The notes under the pieces were generated by a model that worked only from the letters and a program-made list of their open reading frames with translations, had not been told where the DNA came from and ran no database searches. From Callorhinchus milii (taxonomy: Eukaryota): a DNA stretch of 64,000 nucleotides. How positions within the stretch are numbered: the first letter of the stretch is position 1; every line of letters begins with the position of its first letter. A program made the translations under genes and the position numbers. Below, piece after piece: positions 47,721 to 61,104 of the stretch. The stretch is taken from the NCBI RefSeq assembly GCF_018977255.1, contig NW_024704743.1:81098001-81162000 (forward strand). The letters run 5' to 3'.

Positions 47721-48976
47721 CTGCTGAAAAGACAAGTAAAATTCTGGAAATTTTGAACAACTGCTCCAACACACGCACAACCCCCTCTCCCCCCCCCCCC
47801 AAACACACACACAAACACGCTTGCACACAAGCAGAAATCTGATTCCCTTTGAGATACTCATCGACCAGTTTTATCGACAGCTGTGCACAATTGGCTGCTG
47901 CGTTTTTCCCACAAAATAGTCAATTCTCTTTACATTATATTCTGTGAAGTGTTTTGAGACGTCTCGAAGACATGGTAAGGCGCTATATCAAATGCAAGGG
48001 TTATTACTATTAAGATTTCCAGAGTTTCCTATTTACTCTTATTTATGCAAATTGATACTACAAATTATATGAAATCACAGTGAAACATCTAAGATGAACC
48101 TGGGTGGAACATCAAAACAAAAAATTGCCTTAACTTCGTTTCTGATAATCCAATCCAGTTAAAAGTGTATCTCTGTTACATCTATTTATAGTTCGAATTT
48201 GGTTACAGTGTTTGCACTGTGGACCCCATTCACTGTGCATGTACGTAGCCAGCCTGCTGATCTCCAGATTCCAGGTCATTAGTTTGCTGCCGCACGCTCA
48301 GCAAACAGGAGTGGTGTCCCAATGACCTGGAACTTGATCATTTTAATCAGCACAGTGGTTTGAAGGAAGCAAGTGAGCCGACCAGTTGTCAGCGTATGCA
48401 GTGAAATCCACTATTACGCCTTGTTATAGCACAGGTTGGGATTATGTGGATCCTAAATACCACCATACAATGAGAACCACTATATTCATTGAGCTCTGTG
48501 TAAAATAAATTCTTGCTGGTCTAAAATTTGCACCTTTTCACCTGGGGAGAAAAATCAATTTTTTTTTGTTTTTGACAAGGTCTTTCTGATCAAACTCTGC
48601 ACTTTAATAAACTCTGTCTCCCTGTTGTCTGCAGTCATCCATCCTTTGGGAGATGAGATGTTAAACAAGATCCTGTTTGCCTGTTTAGTTGGACAGACAT
48701 TAAAGATCTCATGGCATTATTCAAAAAGTTTAAAGATTCTCCTAATGTAGTGGCCAATATCTCCCCAGATAAAATTGTAATTTATATCAGGGCTGGCTGC
48801 TGTTTGCAAATCGGTTACTGTGTTTGCTTAAAAAAATACAGTCACTACATTTTATAGTAAATCCTATGAAACGCTTTGAAAAGTTCTCCTGATGTAAAAG
48901 GCACAATATCAAATATAAGGATGATTCTTGTAATTCAAAATTCTAGTAACTGAAGTATGAAGTATGAAGCAAATAC

Positions 48977-49029
48977 CTTCATCTGTGTATCTTTTGCCAT
49001 AACAATTGAGACAATGTTCTATCATCTCC
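48977..49029 (-). CDS. DSCC1: DSCC1 exon 6 (EMIEHCLNCYGKRYTDE)
   Basis: 53 nt; AG/GTATTT. Confidence 0.94.
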
Positions 49030-49902
49030 CTGTGGGAAAAAGACAAGAGGGCCACAAAGTTTAACAAAACGCGTCCCTTTTGGAGACAGAGAATCAGTTA
49101 CATAAAAATGTTTCATTGGTTTAACCTTTTGTTGGCCAACCAAGAGTAAAACAAAGTTTATAGCTTCAAGTAGACAGTCCCACTTTGTAGCATTTCATAC
49201 ATACGACTCCTCCCACTTGCTCTTACTTCCTCTTACCCCTCAGTTGCAGGTTCTCACTTCTCCATAATGTACTGTGATTAAGCGTATGCAGCCACCCTGG
49301 CTCCCTGCCAAAGCAACTGGACGAAGCCCATGGTGCTGTTCTCCAGCGTGGAAGCATGTGGCCTGATATAGGGCGGCCCACACAGGGTAACACGAGCTCA
49401 ATTAGTGAATCATCTAATGCTCTGACTCTCCAGAAGTTTTTTTGGAAATTGCGCCTCACACAAACAAAAAGCCACAAGTAACCTCAAATAAGAATACACT
49501 ACACTGCAGTTTCCTCTTTCATAGATCCCTTATTTAAATGCAGTCATAATAATAATAAAAATAGGACTAGAATGGAAATTCTTTCACTTTAAAATTGCTG
49601 CAACCTATGAAACCCTATACTGATCTTTTAACATAAACGTGCTATTTAAACTTAACAATATTAAATAAAAAAGCATACATACTACATACATACTTATAAT
49701 GAAACTCACATTAATGCCCTAGTCTGTTCCTGGCTTAGCTCCTGATGCCATAGCTCGCTGTTAGGAGAAACGTTAGCTCTTCCCGATTACAGAGAAGGAA
49801 TCCACAGAGGACAAACAGTGTTGGACAATGTCAGATTAGTACTCAAACCCGGATGGTCTTACTGGAAGCATAGTTCCTTCCTCAAGGTTCTTGCCTTGTA
49901 TT

Positions 49903-50220
49903 GTGGAGTCCTGTAGCTCAGTGGTTAGAGCACTCGCTTTGCAAGTGAGAGACCTGAGTTCAATTCCAGGCAGAGGGCGAAACCTTGGGCAAGTTTCCTT
50001 ACTCCACACAGAGCCTAATAATAATCCCTCCAAAACAATAATAAAAATTGGTCATTTTCAATCTACGACTGTTTGTGGGACATTGCTGTGCGCAATTGGC
50101 TGCCGCGTTCGCCCACAAATACACAGTCAATTCACTTTACAGTGTGTTCTGTGAAGCGCTTTGGGACGTCCTCCCAACGTGAAGAGCGCTATATCAAATG
50201 CAAGGATTATTATTATTATT
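49903..50220 (+). mobile_element. Full-length tRNA-derived SINE, CTCCC-loop subfamily
   Basis: Nearly identical to the 44173 copy; TTGCCTTGT occurs on both flanks (possible TSD). Confidence 0.92.
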
Positions 50221-52315
50221 GTTTGCCTTGTGCAAAAGGCTTTTTCCCCTCAGTTTATGAAAGCTTGAGGCTTGAAGGGATATGGGTATAGGGCAGGGCA
50301 ATTGAATGAACACCTTGCTCTGAGAGCTAGTGCAGATTTGATGGTCCAAATGACCTCCTTCTGTGCGGTAAACGTCTATGATTCTAACAATTTTGTCCCC
50401 TCCCCTCAGTGGCTTTTTTCTTTCTCATTTCCCCCAGCTCTCCCACTAGAATTCATCCACCTTATTAATTGTTTCATACATTTAAACACATACATCAGAT
50501 CATTTTCAATCATCACCAGATTTAAAAGCTCCAACTTGTCCACTGTTTTTTGATACAAATATCCACTTATCTCTGGTGACATCCTCGTAAAAGCCTTGAC
50601 TGAGTGGCTATTATTCATGTGTGTGAGCCTTAATAGCGAAATTGGAAGACAATTTAACTGTGGGGCATCACAGCTAATCCTGACCATTTTGATACAATTT
50701 GGACCCAGGTTATTCAACTCTCAAAAGTATTCCGCTATGTGGAAGATGATGGAGGGGCCAGGAAAAGAGGAACAATTGGCAGGAACAACTGGTTAACGCA
50801 ATAAGTGTACCTCAAAGCTTAAACTTTATTTTTACTCAATGACTCAGATCATGCTGCACAACATCCAACTAGAATGAATGTGATAATGAATGTGATAATA
50901 ATGGCATTATCAAGATGTTTGCTTCAATTTTCTCCTAGTTCCCATTAACAAGTATTTGAAATAAAAGCTTTTTTTTAAAAAAAAGCACTTTAAACATTTG
51001 AGCATGCAGCAATTAAACATATAATAAAATGGCACACTTTTAACAGATGATCGAACTTCACACTATTATTCAAATCCTACTTTGTGGAGAAGATTTGGCA
51101 CTGTGCTAAACACTGACATTTATTTCTGGGCTTTACTACCATCACCTCGGCAACTGACACGAAACATGTAATCTCAGAGGGGGTAACAAAAGGCTCATTC
51201 TACACAAGAACCACACATCGTTGTGCAAGAGACGGAAAGATGATTTCAGGAAAAGCTGTCATTCACAAGCAGGTTTAAACAGACCAGGATTTCTTTCCCA
51301 TCTTCGGTTTCAGATTATCCAACACTGGAAGATTCTCACAAAGCTCCACTCTTTGATGCTTGGAGCACTCAATTACATTGCATCAAATTTATCTCTCCTA
51401 TTGTTCAAAAATATTTTTTTAGAAAGTCATAGATTATTTACCTTCACATTGGTTGACAAAATCTAACCACCACAGGAGCTTTGATGATTAGACTTATCAG
51501 TCCTTCAATATCTTTCAATTTGCAAAAGTGAATAACGAAAAATAGAGCCTTCTAAAACTTAATATGTAACGTGCTGAATTATGGACTCACTCTTGCTTAC
51601 AAAAGGGGCTAAAACCGAGGTGAATTCTAATGGAATATTTCTCAATAAAGATTCCAATTCATAAATAGGGACGGCTTCCAGTAACCAGAAGTAAGTATAG
51701 CCGATTCTGCTCCAGAAGCAGAAATCTTGTGGGTAGGTATCACTTCTGGCAACCAGAAGGAGTCCCCATTCGAGACTTGAGTCCTTAAGAATTTATGTGA
51801 GAAATCATAAGATTTTAGATAGATGCATACCATTACAATCACAAATCTTTAAACTCCCACTCCAAACTCAGTTTAGATGCAGTAATTTAATTGTTCATAA
51901 TTTGTATGATTCAAACAAATCCATTTAGCACAGTTTGTAACTCCCTTGTTTTGATATGCATACGCCTCAAATCTTCTGTGCCTCACTGACGATGAAACAG
52001 ATTGTTTCAGATTGGTAGGAAACAGCTTTGAGTCTGTCATGCCACACGTGGAGAGCACAAGATCTCAATAGCCAAATAGGCACGGAATAGATGGAAATGA
52101 ATCTTTAGCTTACAGGAAGGTATTGTATGTAGATAGAAATTTAGAACAAATGACATTGTGGGAATCAAATAAATATTAATCCATGGTTTCATTAATTCTG
52201 CTCAACGAAGCCATTGAGCTAAAACTGAAGCAGTTTTGAAGTGAAGTAAGATTTCTGGTACAGCTGGTTCAAATGTAGTATCTCCCAACATATGCAACCA
52301 AAGAACATACGTTCT

Positions 52316-52619
52316 TAATAATAATAATCCTTGCATTTGATATAGCGCTTTTCACGTCGGGAGGACATCCCAAAGCGCTTCACAGAACACACTGTAAAGT
52401 GAATTGACTGTATATTTGTGGGCGAACACGGCAGCCAATTGCGCACAGCAATGTCCCACGAACAGTCGTAGATTGAAAATGACCAATTTATTATTGTTTT
52501 TGGTTTTTGGAGGGATTATTATTAGGCGTGTGGAGTAAGGAAACTTGCCCAAGGTTTCGCCCTGTCTGGAATTGAACTCACTTGCAAAGCGAGTGCTCTA
52601 ACTACTGAGCTACAGGACT
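52316..52619 (-). mobile_element. tRNA-derived SINE, CTCCC-loop subfamily, small deletion in the head
   Basis: Reverse complement of the family consensus. Confidence 0.9.
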
Positions 52620-52810
52620 AATAGTTTCTCACTTCAAGCAAGGGCCTTCGTTTTAAGGCGTTTTCACTACCTCTAATTGCTTTTTAGTCTCTATGCCACA
52701 TAATAATACTTTCATTTGGTATAACACCTTTCATGTCAGGAAGAAGTCTCAAAGTACTTCATAGGATACACTGTGAAGTGTAGTGACTGTGTATGTATAG
52801 GTGAACACAT

Positions 52811-53318
52811 CAACAACAACAACAAGATTCCATTTATAGAGCGCCTTTCACGTCGGGAGGACATCCCAAGGCGCTGTACAGTTGGGTCAGGACCCGAGCA
52901 GGGGGGAAATGGTCAGGGTGAGGGGAGGGAAGGGAGGGAGTGAGGAGGGGGTAGAGATTCGAGAGGGGAGCTGAAGGCACGGTCAAAGAGAAAGGTCTTG
53001 AGACCGGCCTTGAAGGAGGAAAGGGAGGAGGCAAGGCAAAGGCACTGGGGGATAGAGTTCGAGAGCTTAGGGGCTGAGAGGCTGAAGGCCCGGCCACCGA
53101 TGGTAGGGCGGTTGGGGCGGGGGATGTGGAGCAGACCGGAGCCAGAGGAACGGAGGGTACGGGCAGGTAGGTAGGGGGAGAGAAGGTCAGAGAGGTAGGA
53201 GGGAGCAAGGCCGTGAATGGCCTTGTAGGTGAGGATGATGATCTTGAAATCGATCCTCTGGGGGATGGGGAGCCAGTGGAGGAGAGCGAGGGTGGGAGTG
53301 ATGTGGTCCCGGAACATC
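52811..53318 (-). mobile_element. Young L2 3' fragment with open ORF2 C-terminus
   Basis: DHITPTLALLHWLPIPQRIDFKIIILTYKAIHGLAPSYL...FKAGLKTFLFDRAF. Confidence 0.93.
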
Positions 53319-53324
53319 AGTTCA

Positions 53325-53640
53325 TTTTTGCACAACAATGTCACACAAACAGTCAATGACCAATTTTATTTGGAGGATTGTTGGCCAGGATACTAGGAGA
53401 AACTCCTTTCTCTTTTCGAATAGTGCCATAGGCACTTTTAATGTCCACCTGAAAAGGCAGATCGGACCATGGTATAACATCTCATCCCAAGGAAGGCACC
53501 TCCGATGATGCAACTCTCCCCCGTACCCCAGCACTGCAATGGAGGATCAGCCTAGAATATACGTGTTCAAAGTTGATATGGAACTTTAACCCACATCCTG
53601 ACTCAGAAACAAGAGTCGTGTCTAGGTCGTGCCAGGCTGA
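53325..53640 (-). mobile_element. Older DeuSINE with tRNA-like head, 3' part interrupted by L2
   Basis: Deu-domain motifs; the tail resumes at about 52705-52810. Confidence 0.7.
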
Positions 53641-54101
53641 CACACATATAGGAGGTTCAGCTATCAAGTAGGAAGAACACTGCTTAATCTTCAGTTATTT
53701 AAATCTACTGACAGGAACTCGATGGATGACCTGCTTCCAGGCTTCCATCAGGGTTGGTGTGAAATTAGCTGATGGGAGAAGATGACTCAGCTGACACAAG
53801 TTTCCTATGGGGAAACACCTGCCATTCATTTCTCATTTCTCCAGAGACAGCACCGAGAGCAAGAATTCAGCATGGGCACAGATCCAAGTCTGGCCGCTCC
53901 ATTGTGCATCATGTACCACCACACTGACCCCACAGGACTTCACTTCCAGTTAACTAGAAAATATCCAGCAAATTACAATGGAAAGTCAATCATTTACAAA
54001 ACGCACTCAGAGCATTTTGCGGAATCTTTAACGGATGCTCTAGAATAGGAAATGGAGCTGGTTTGTTATGCATAGTCTTTCACTCAGTCTGAATCACTCA
54101 C

Positions 54102-54240
54102 CGTGGTTCCAAAGCCTCCAGTTCTTGTAGGCAATCCTTTAGAGGAACTTTACTGAATGACCACGATTCTGAATCTACCAGCTGGGTCACGTGATTCAAG
54201 AGTTTCATTTCATAATCAAACTCCAGAATTCTCCAACATC
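54102..54240 (-). CDS. DSCC1: DSCC1 exon 5 (CWRILEFDYEMKLLNHVTQLVDSESWSFSKVPLKDCLQELEALEP)
   Basis: 139 nt; AG/GTGAGT. Confidence 0.96.
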
Positions 54241-54334
54241 CTATGGGGGTAGGGAAAAGGCAAAAATAGTAAATTTAGGGGATTTCTTAGGTGAAATTTT
54301 TTGTTTGGCAACAGAATGTCAGAATCGAGCCAAA

Positions 54335-54634
54335 GACCTAATGGGTAGGGTGGTCCTAGCTGGAAAAGCAGCAGGAAAGCTTGCCAAGCAGTGCACTCAA
54401 TGACAAACTGAGGTTGGCTAGTTAGACTCCAGCAGTAACCCAATGCACATTCTGGGGTCCCCAAGCCTTGGTTCTTGCCAACCTGTGTCTAATACTTTCT
54501 GGAATTTGTTAAGCAGGATGCGTTCCTCCAGGAAGAGAGTTCGCATTCCATTCCAATAAATATCTCTACAATTTCCATGTGTAGGTGGGATGCATGGAAT
54601 TCTCAGTTTGGTTGGATACTCTTAAGCATGGTGA
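54335..54634. repeat. Family X copy
   Basis: Aligns by eye with 24290-24598. Confidence 0.75.
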
Positions 54635-55503
54635 CACTAGGCTAACCCCCAAAAATTGCTTTTAAACTGTACACACAACAAGCCTTTGTTCCTAATAGCA
54701 CTTGGTGTACTATAACTCAAACAACTTGCTGAGACACTTATCCCACAATGCGATTTCACATTTGTCCTCATGTAGCACTGTAATCCACTCAGCAGCAAAA
54801 GGGCAATAATATGATGCCAGCAAGATTTAGCATTTAATTTTCAGATCAATTTATCATAATTATTTTGGATGCCACCTGCAATGCCACCTTGTTCTTCCCC
54901 CCACTCCCACTAAATATGCACCACTATTCTAACAGGAATAAACGGTGATCTGTTACAAGGCTTCTAATAGTAATGCAATTCTAAAGGTGTCATGGGGAAA
55001 TCTCCCATCTTCTAAAGGATCATCATCTGTTGAACAGTAAACATAGAATCATGCATTACTAATTATTAACTATATATGTTGGTATCTTTCATTGGAATAA
55101 AAAGTTTTATCTGAAATAGGACAGTCACCTGCTCCTTTAAGCGTACTTTGTTACTCGCTCTTGTAACAAACTGCAATTGCATGGCTGAGTTAGAGGATCT
55201 GATCCAAGGTAATAGTCAGAATACTACAATTGGGCTCAAGTGTTTCCTTGCAGGAGAATCAGGGGTTTCAACACAATTCCCACTCCATAGAGGTTTTAAC
55301 ACTTCATGTCATTATCTTAAAATTAAACATCATGCACAAATTCTTAATGTGGAAAAGCCTTCCAAATAAGAGTGAATTTGTTTTTTGTCAATTCTGCATA
55401 ATCGTACATTTTTAAGGCCACGTTCTTAACACTGTCAATGAAAAATTTGGGGTCTCTGGATCTCTTTGCATTTCGTAGATGACCCTTCATTTTACCGATT
55501 TAC

Positions 55504-55594
55504 CTTCAATCTTGTATGCATGCATCGCCTGCAGCTGCTGTAGTATTTCTTGTTCACTGGCTTGAACACTGTCCATTAAATCTTCCATTGTGTA
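55504..55594 (-). CDS. DSCC1: DSCC1 exon 4 (YTMEDLMDSVQASEQEILQQLQAMHAYKIE)
   Basis: 91 nt; AG/GTAAAT; translated by hand. Confidence 0.94.
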
Positions 55595-55739
55595 CTGCAA
55601 AACCCAGAGCAATAAACTACCAATTAAAAAGTAATTACATCAGATATTATAAGCACTCAATGATTCTCTTTCTGGTGAGTCTGGTGCCTGGACAATACAT
55701 AAACCCAGACAAAGATTTCCACACTTATGACAACTATGC

Positions 55740-56150
55740 AGGAAAATTTCCTTGTGACTGGAATGGAATGTGCACCCTTTCCCTGAAGGGATGCTTGCTG
55801 CTTAGCTAATTCTAGAGCAGGTTGGCAAGTGCCAAGACTTGGGGATCCCAGAGTGTGTGTCGGGCTCCTGCTAGAGATTAAGCAGCTAAAGCTGTACAAG
55901 ATGCATTGTGGCAAGCTTCCAGCTGCCTGTCCAGATAGGATCACCCTACTCATTAGGGTTTTGACTTGCAATGTTAACAGGAGGCAAATGGAAAGAAATT
56001 ATGCCCCCAATAACTGGTCTGCTCTTCCAAGTCCTGCTGACAAGCCAGGTCTGGAGTACTGCAGTCCTGCTTGGCAAAGAGATGTACCTGCCATGACTCC
56101 ACCTCCAGGCTTATAGATCAATGTAGGCCAGAGCCCTCCCTCACTGGACT
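55740..56150. repeat. Family X copy, opposite orientation
   Basis: Reverse complement aligns with about 24140-24530. Confidence 0.65.
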
Positions 56151-56779
56151 TCTCAAATGGGTCAAAAGAAACTCTTCTCTAAAATGCCCCAAATCATGTT
56201 GGAGAACTATTTGGAGGCATGTCTTGTACGTCACAAGCTTAACTTGTATTGAGACCTTGCTGTCATTAAAGATGAGAATGGCCAGAATGCCCTTCATTGT
56301 TCTGAACACTGACAGTGTCCAAGGAAAAATTAATGTCCACCATAACACCTAGATATTGATACAAGTCAAAAAATGGGATAATGCCCTTGTATCTTCCAAT
56401 GTTGGAATGGAAGATGCTGAGTGGAAGCCAAAAATCCAATGAAAGGACCATCTCCTAGCAGTTGGAACCCAGGACTAGGTCACTACTGAATAAAGGTGGC
56501 ACGAAGAGTGGAAGAGAAATGTTATTCTTGCTTAAAGAAGAAAAAGTATGTAAAGCAAATTTTCTTTGCAATGCAGCATTAATCCTCTTACAACAAAGAA
56601 TCACTGTACCCGCGGATTTGTTTCCAAAGTTCCTCTATGCCTTCCAGTGATGGTCCTTTTGTACACATGGTCCAAATATCTACATTATAACCTGCATCGA
56701 GTCAGTCACGTAAAGAAAAAGATGCATTATGAAGTTATATTTAGCAGTGTAAGAAGTGCTCTCTGTAAACGGACGCTAC

Positions 56780-56914
56780 CTTTGGATTATCTGAACCTTT
56801 CTGCTTTTCTTCGGATGGTCCCTCATATTGGTTCTCCATCAGCAGCTTCTTCAGTTTCTTCAACTTTGGCCGTGTTCTTCTCAACTCCCAGTAGCTATTA
56901 GCAAAACCGTAAAT
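56780..56914 (-). CDS. DSCC1: DSCC1 exon 3 (IYGFANSYWELRRTRPKLKKLKKLLMENQYEGP...DNPK)
   Basis: 135 nt; AG/GTAGCG. Confidence 0.94.
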
Positions 56915-58109
56915 CTGCATCAAATGTAACATTTTAATTTTCTTTCTGTGAGAGGTTTGAAAATAATGGCTAGTTGGGCTGAAGTACGCATGTATCATCA
57001 TAGAATCATAGAATATTACAGCATAGGAGGCCAATCGGCCCATCGTGCCTGTTCCGGCTCTTTGGAAGAGCTACTCAAAACTGTATGCACATTATTTTTA
57101 AAAACCTGAGTATTTACTCAATTTCCTTTCCCCCAACTCCCATGGTCAAGTGGTCTGCCAAGTTCATATGCAAATTGTCATTAAGTCCTTTAACAGAAAG
57201 CCAAAACCTGTGGTACTATACCACAGAGTTGATTCTTACTATCAAGTATTGAAAGGGGCAAAAATCTGAAGGAAAATTAGAGAAGTGTCAACAGACATAA
57301 ATCCTGTAGAGGAATGCTAAGGATAAGAATTTCTGCTATTAAAAGGGGTTGCACCGATGTTGCTCCTTTAATTAAATCACAATTTATAAAACAATCTAAA
57401 ATTGAATTCTCATGGGTCAGCCAAGTCAGTGGGTGCTGGTAGGCTCTTCAACCATGGTTCAATCACAGCCACCTGATCCATTTCTCAGACAAAGTTCACA
57501 CATGCATATCTTCCACAGGAGAGCAATCAAGAATGGGAACCTCACTAATCCAGAGATATTAGGCAAGTTATAGCTGGAACCTTCCGAGTTGGTATGGCTG
57601 TTTTACACTGAGCAGTAACTTTGCTAATTGAGCCATTAATAGATGCAGTCAGAATTGTTTAAAATTGTTTTTAAGCCTCTGATCTTCACCTTGCAGCTTC
57701 TTGGAAACACTTTCATGCAGAACAGGAAACAGAAATTGAATCATCAATTGAATCATCTATTAAGGTGATTGGGGGTGGGGGGGGGAGAACAGACGTACGA
57801 GGTTTCCCTCTCTTTTATATACTATCGTTTGGCAAAAAGATCAAATACTTCAGAGGTAGTTTTATATTTTCTTTTCCAACCACTATCAGCAAAATCAAAG
57901 TCAGTAATAGTCCCAAACACACAAGCAGAAAAAATGTAAACCATGCTTCCTCCAGACAGCTAAATTCCTGGAATAAAAATAATTATCACAACAAAAAAAG
58001 TCAAGAATTGTGTCCATTCCCAATTCAAGGGGAGCCACTGAATCAGTTGATATAATCCTAGTTTTGGCTGCTGCTTTTACATACTGCAGCAGACACTGAA
58101 ATGAGATGC

Positions 58110-58330
58110 TATTATCAATCTTTTTGAATAGTACCATGGAATCTTTTACATCCATCTGGACAGGAAGATGGGACCTGGTTTTAACATCTCATCCAAAAGA
58201 CAGCACCTCTGACTAGCAGTGGACCCCCAGCACTGCACTGGAGTGTCAGCATGGAATATATGGGTTCTGCATCCCAATGCCAGACTTGGACCCTCAACCT
58301 TCTGACCCAGAGGCGAGAGTGCTACCAATC
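58110..58330 (-). mobile_element. Older DeuSINE 5' half
   Basis: tRNA-like head followed by Deu motifs; similar pieces near 3400-3630, 43680-43970 and 48630-48925. Confidence 0.65.
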
Positions 58331-58422
58331 TTTCTAATAATGGCAGTAAAACAAGGGAAGAGCACAAATTTACTCTTTTACACACACACCCTCCTACAGT
58401 ATTTCATATATAAAAGTTTCAC

Positions 58423-58591
58423 CTCAGAGTGTATCAGACATCCTGTGCTTGGGTTGGATGGCAGCTGATCGGGTGTGCTACAGTCAGGAAGGAAAAGCAG
58501 CATGTTCGATGTATCAGCTATCTTCAGATCATAAGTTTTATCATTATTGCATAGAACAGCATGTTCCTCTTTATCACCTCTGATTATCAAC
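58423..58591 (-). CDS. DSCC1: DSCC1 exon 2 (LIIRGDKEEHAVLCNNDKTYDLKIADTSNMLLF...LIHSE)
   Basis: 169 nt; AG/GTGAAA. Confidence 0.96.
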
Positions 58592-60074
58592 CTAAAGAAA
58601 ATCAAACAGAATGTTCAAGCATGTTTTAAGAATTAAATCGAGCAATTCCCAATTTCATTTAGAAAACATCAAACTACACGCAGCCTGGAGCCAGCTCTGA
58701 TAGACAAAAGGGATGTGCTACATCCTTTTCTAATTGTATTACTGAGAAACACCATATTTCACTCTCGGAAGCAAGACTGTACTTCATCAAATACAGAAAT
58801 GGATTCCCTCCATTTTTAATTTTTTTTCAAATTTGTCCTCCATTTTTCTCTTTTTACATTTCCTGTCCTATAAAAGCTGGAATCCCATCATACACATACC
58901 AATAGTACTGAATGGTTGCAATGCAAAGGAACCTCCTTCACTCCAAGCCTCTTCCATGTTTGGTGAATATGTCACGAGATATTCCGGAGTTGGTTGACCC
59001 ATCATGGAAGATCTCCATTGAGATGCTACTTCACTTGGAAGATTTAAATGCAAGTTTAAATGTAAATGTTTTTGCACCCCACCAGAGTATTCTCCCTTAA
59101 GTATCCATTTCTTAAAACTCCTGCCATGCTTTCAACCACCACACCCCAAAACTATGGAACTCTCTGCCTCAACCTCTACACCTTGCCCGTCTTCAGATCG
59201 CATCTGAAAACCTCCCTCTTTGACCATGACAACAGTCACCTCCTCCCTCTCCCTGACTTGGTATCAAGCTTCGCCACTGTTAAGCGCTCAGAGATGCAAC
59301 CCTGCCTAAAGGGTGCTGTATAAATGCAAATTGCTGTTGTTGAAACTATACCGGAGTTTCTCCAAAACAACCTCATTATAATGCAGTGTTTTGAGTCCTG
59401 GAAAGTAAACTGATACAATTATAACAGATTCACAAAATAAGAATGACCAACGCTTCCAGATCATCAAGTTGCCATTGACATAACTTCCAGTTTCAAGCTC
59501 TAACTGGGAGTAGCAATTCTTTCCACTTAGCTCAATTTAAACTCTGAAAACAAAAGCATTAACAGGTAAGAAACCTTAGGAAGCAGCGAGTCAGACAGTA
59601 CTCTCAGGAGGAAGCTATGTGGTTTTAGCTGGTTAAGCCCCAGCAGAATCCAAATTCACACTCCTGGATTCATTAAAACTCCCTAAAATTTAGGATGCAT
59701 CCCTCCAAGGAAAGAGTGCTCATTTTCATACAGTGAAATTTCCATATGGAGGTGGTATCCATATGTGGACGTCAATCTGTTTTGGATAGCCTAAAAAATG
59801 CTTCTGCACATTCGTGCAGTGAGCAGGAAGCTAGCTGGCCAGCCCCAACCACTCTTGCATATTTTAGTACTAGGAATACTTACAAGTGTGATTGCGGCTG
59901 ACCGGGCAGATTCCTGTGAACAAGTACAGGAATCCAGAATTGTACCACACTTGTGTTCGTGTGGGCCCACAATGCTATAAACAGACTTCCAATTAAGACA
60001 GGTTCAGACTGTATCTCTTTAGTATGATGAGGTGCCAGAAACTGAATGCAGTACCTCAAAAGCAATGAGTTGCA

Positions 60075-60375
60075 CAACAACCACCACAACAACTTGGATT
60101 TATATAGCGCCCACCACTCCGGACGGCGACTCAGAGCGCTTCACAGTAACGGATCCCGGGACCGAGTCAGGGGAAGGGGGAGGAAGGTGACCAAAGGCAC
60201 GGTTGAAAAGAAAGGTCTTCAGCAGAGACCTGAAAATGGGAAGGGAGGGAGTGAGGAGAAGGGAGTGAGGAAGGCAGTTCCAGAGCCTCGGGGCATAGTA
60301 GCTGAAGGCACGGCCGCCGAGGGTGGAGCGGAGGACTCGGAGGAGGCCAGACCCGGAGGAATGGAGGCAACGGGT
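60075..60375 (-). mobile_element. L2 3' fragment of a different subfamily
   Basis: GGRAFSYYAPRLWNCLP...FRSLLKTFLF; tail stem GAGTCGCCGTCCGGAGTGGTGGG differs from the main family. Confidence 0.8.
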
Positions 60376-60399
60376 ACTGTTTTGGCACAGTTGCCAAAA

Positions 60400-60930
60400 T
60401 AAAGACAAAGTGCAAAATACTGGAGATGCTGGAAATCTGAGAACAAAACGGAAGTCGATGGGAACGTTCAACAGGTCAGGCAGCATCTATGGATTCCTGT
60501 AGCTCAGCGATTAGAGCACTCGCCTCTCAAGCGAGAGACCTGTGTTCAATTTCCATCAGGACGAAACCTTGGGCAAGTTTCCTTACTTCACACGCCTAAT
60601 AATAATCCGTCAAGAAAAAAATAATAAATTGGTCATTTCAATCCACGACTGTTTGTGGGACACTGCTGTGCACAATTGGCTGCCACATTTTGTCCACAAA
60701 TATACAGTCAATTCAATTTAGTCTATTCTGTGAAGCGCTTTGAGACGTCTAGAAGACGTGAAAAGCGCTATATCAAATGCAAGGATTATTATGGAGAATG
60801 GAAATTGAGTCAACGTTTTGGGTCCACAACCCTTCATCTGAACTCCATTCTTGGACCCGAAACGTTGACTCACTTTCCCTTCTCTGTAGATGCTGCCTGA
60901 CCTGCTGAGTGTTCCCAACGCCTTCTGCCA
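60400..60930. mobile_element. Short Penelope-type palindrome interrupted by a SINE
   Basis: Same terminal sequence as the 34957 element; inversion centre near 60845; decayed hammerhead on minus at about 60807-60845. Confidence 0.7.
60491..60792 (+). mobile_element. tRNA-derived SINE nested in a Penelope-type palindrome
   Basis: Full head-to-tail copy interrupting CAGCATCT-ATGGAG. Confidence 0.88.
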
Positions 60931-61104
60931 AAATATTGATCTGCTGTTACATTTTATGCCTCCAGCTAAGAAATCAGGCATCACTGCTATTGTCTCCACA
61001 TATGTCAACTACGCTTTTGGTAGTTTTTGGCATTGTTTTTATTTCAAACAGTTAGATAACAGTGGGGTCAGGTACAAGAAATAGCAGTCTTATAGTACCT
61101 CTTA

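Noticed and set aside
55129..55223. AG...GT-bounded 95 nt minus-strand segment encoding LDQI, like human DSCC1 exon 4
   Set aside because: The real exon 4 is at 55504-55594; this segment has stops, no pyrimidine tract and only a four-residue match
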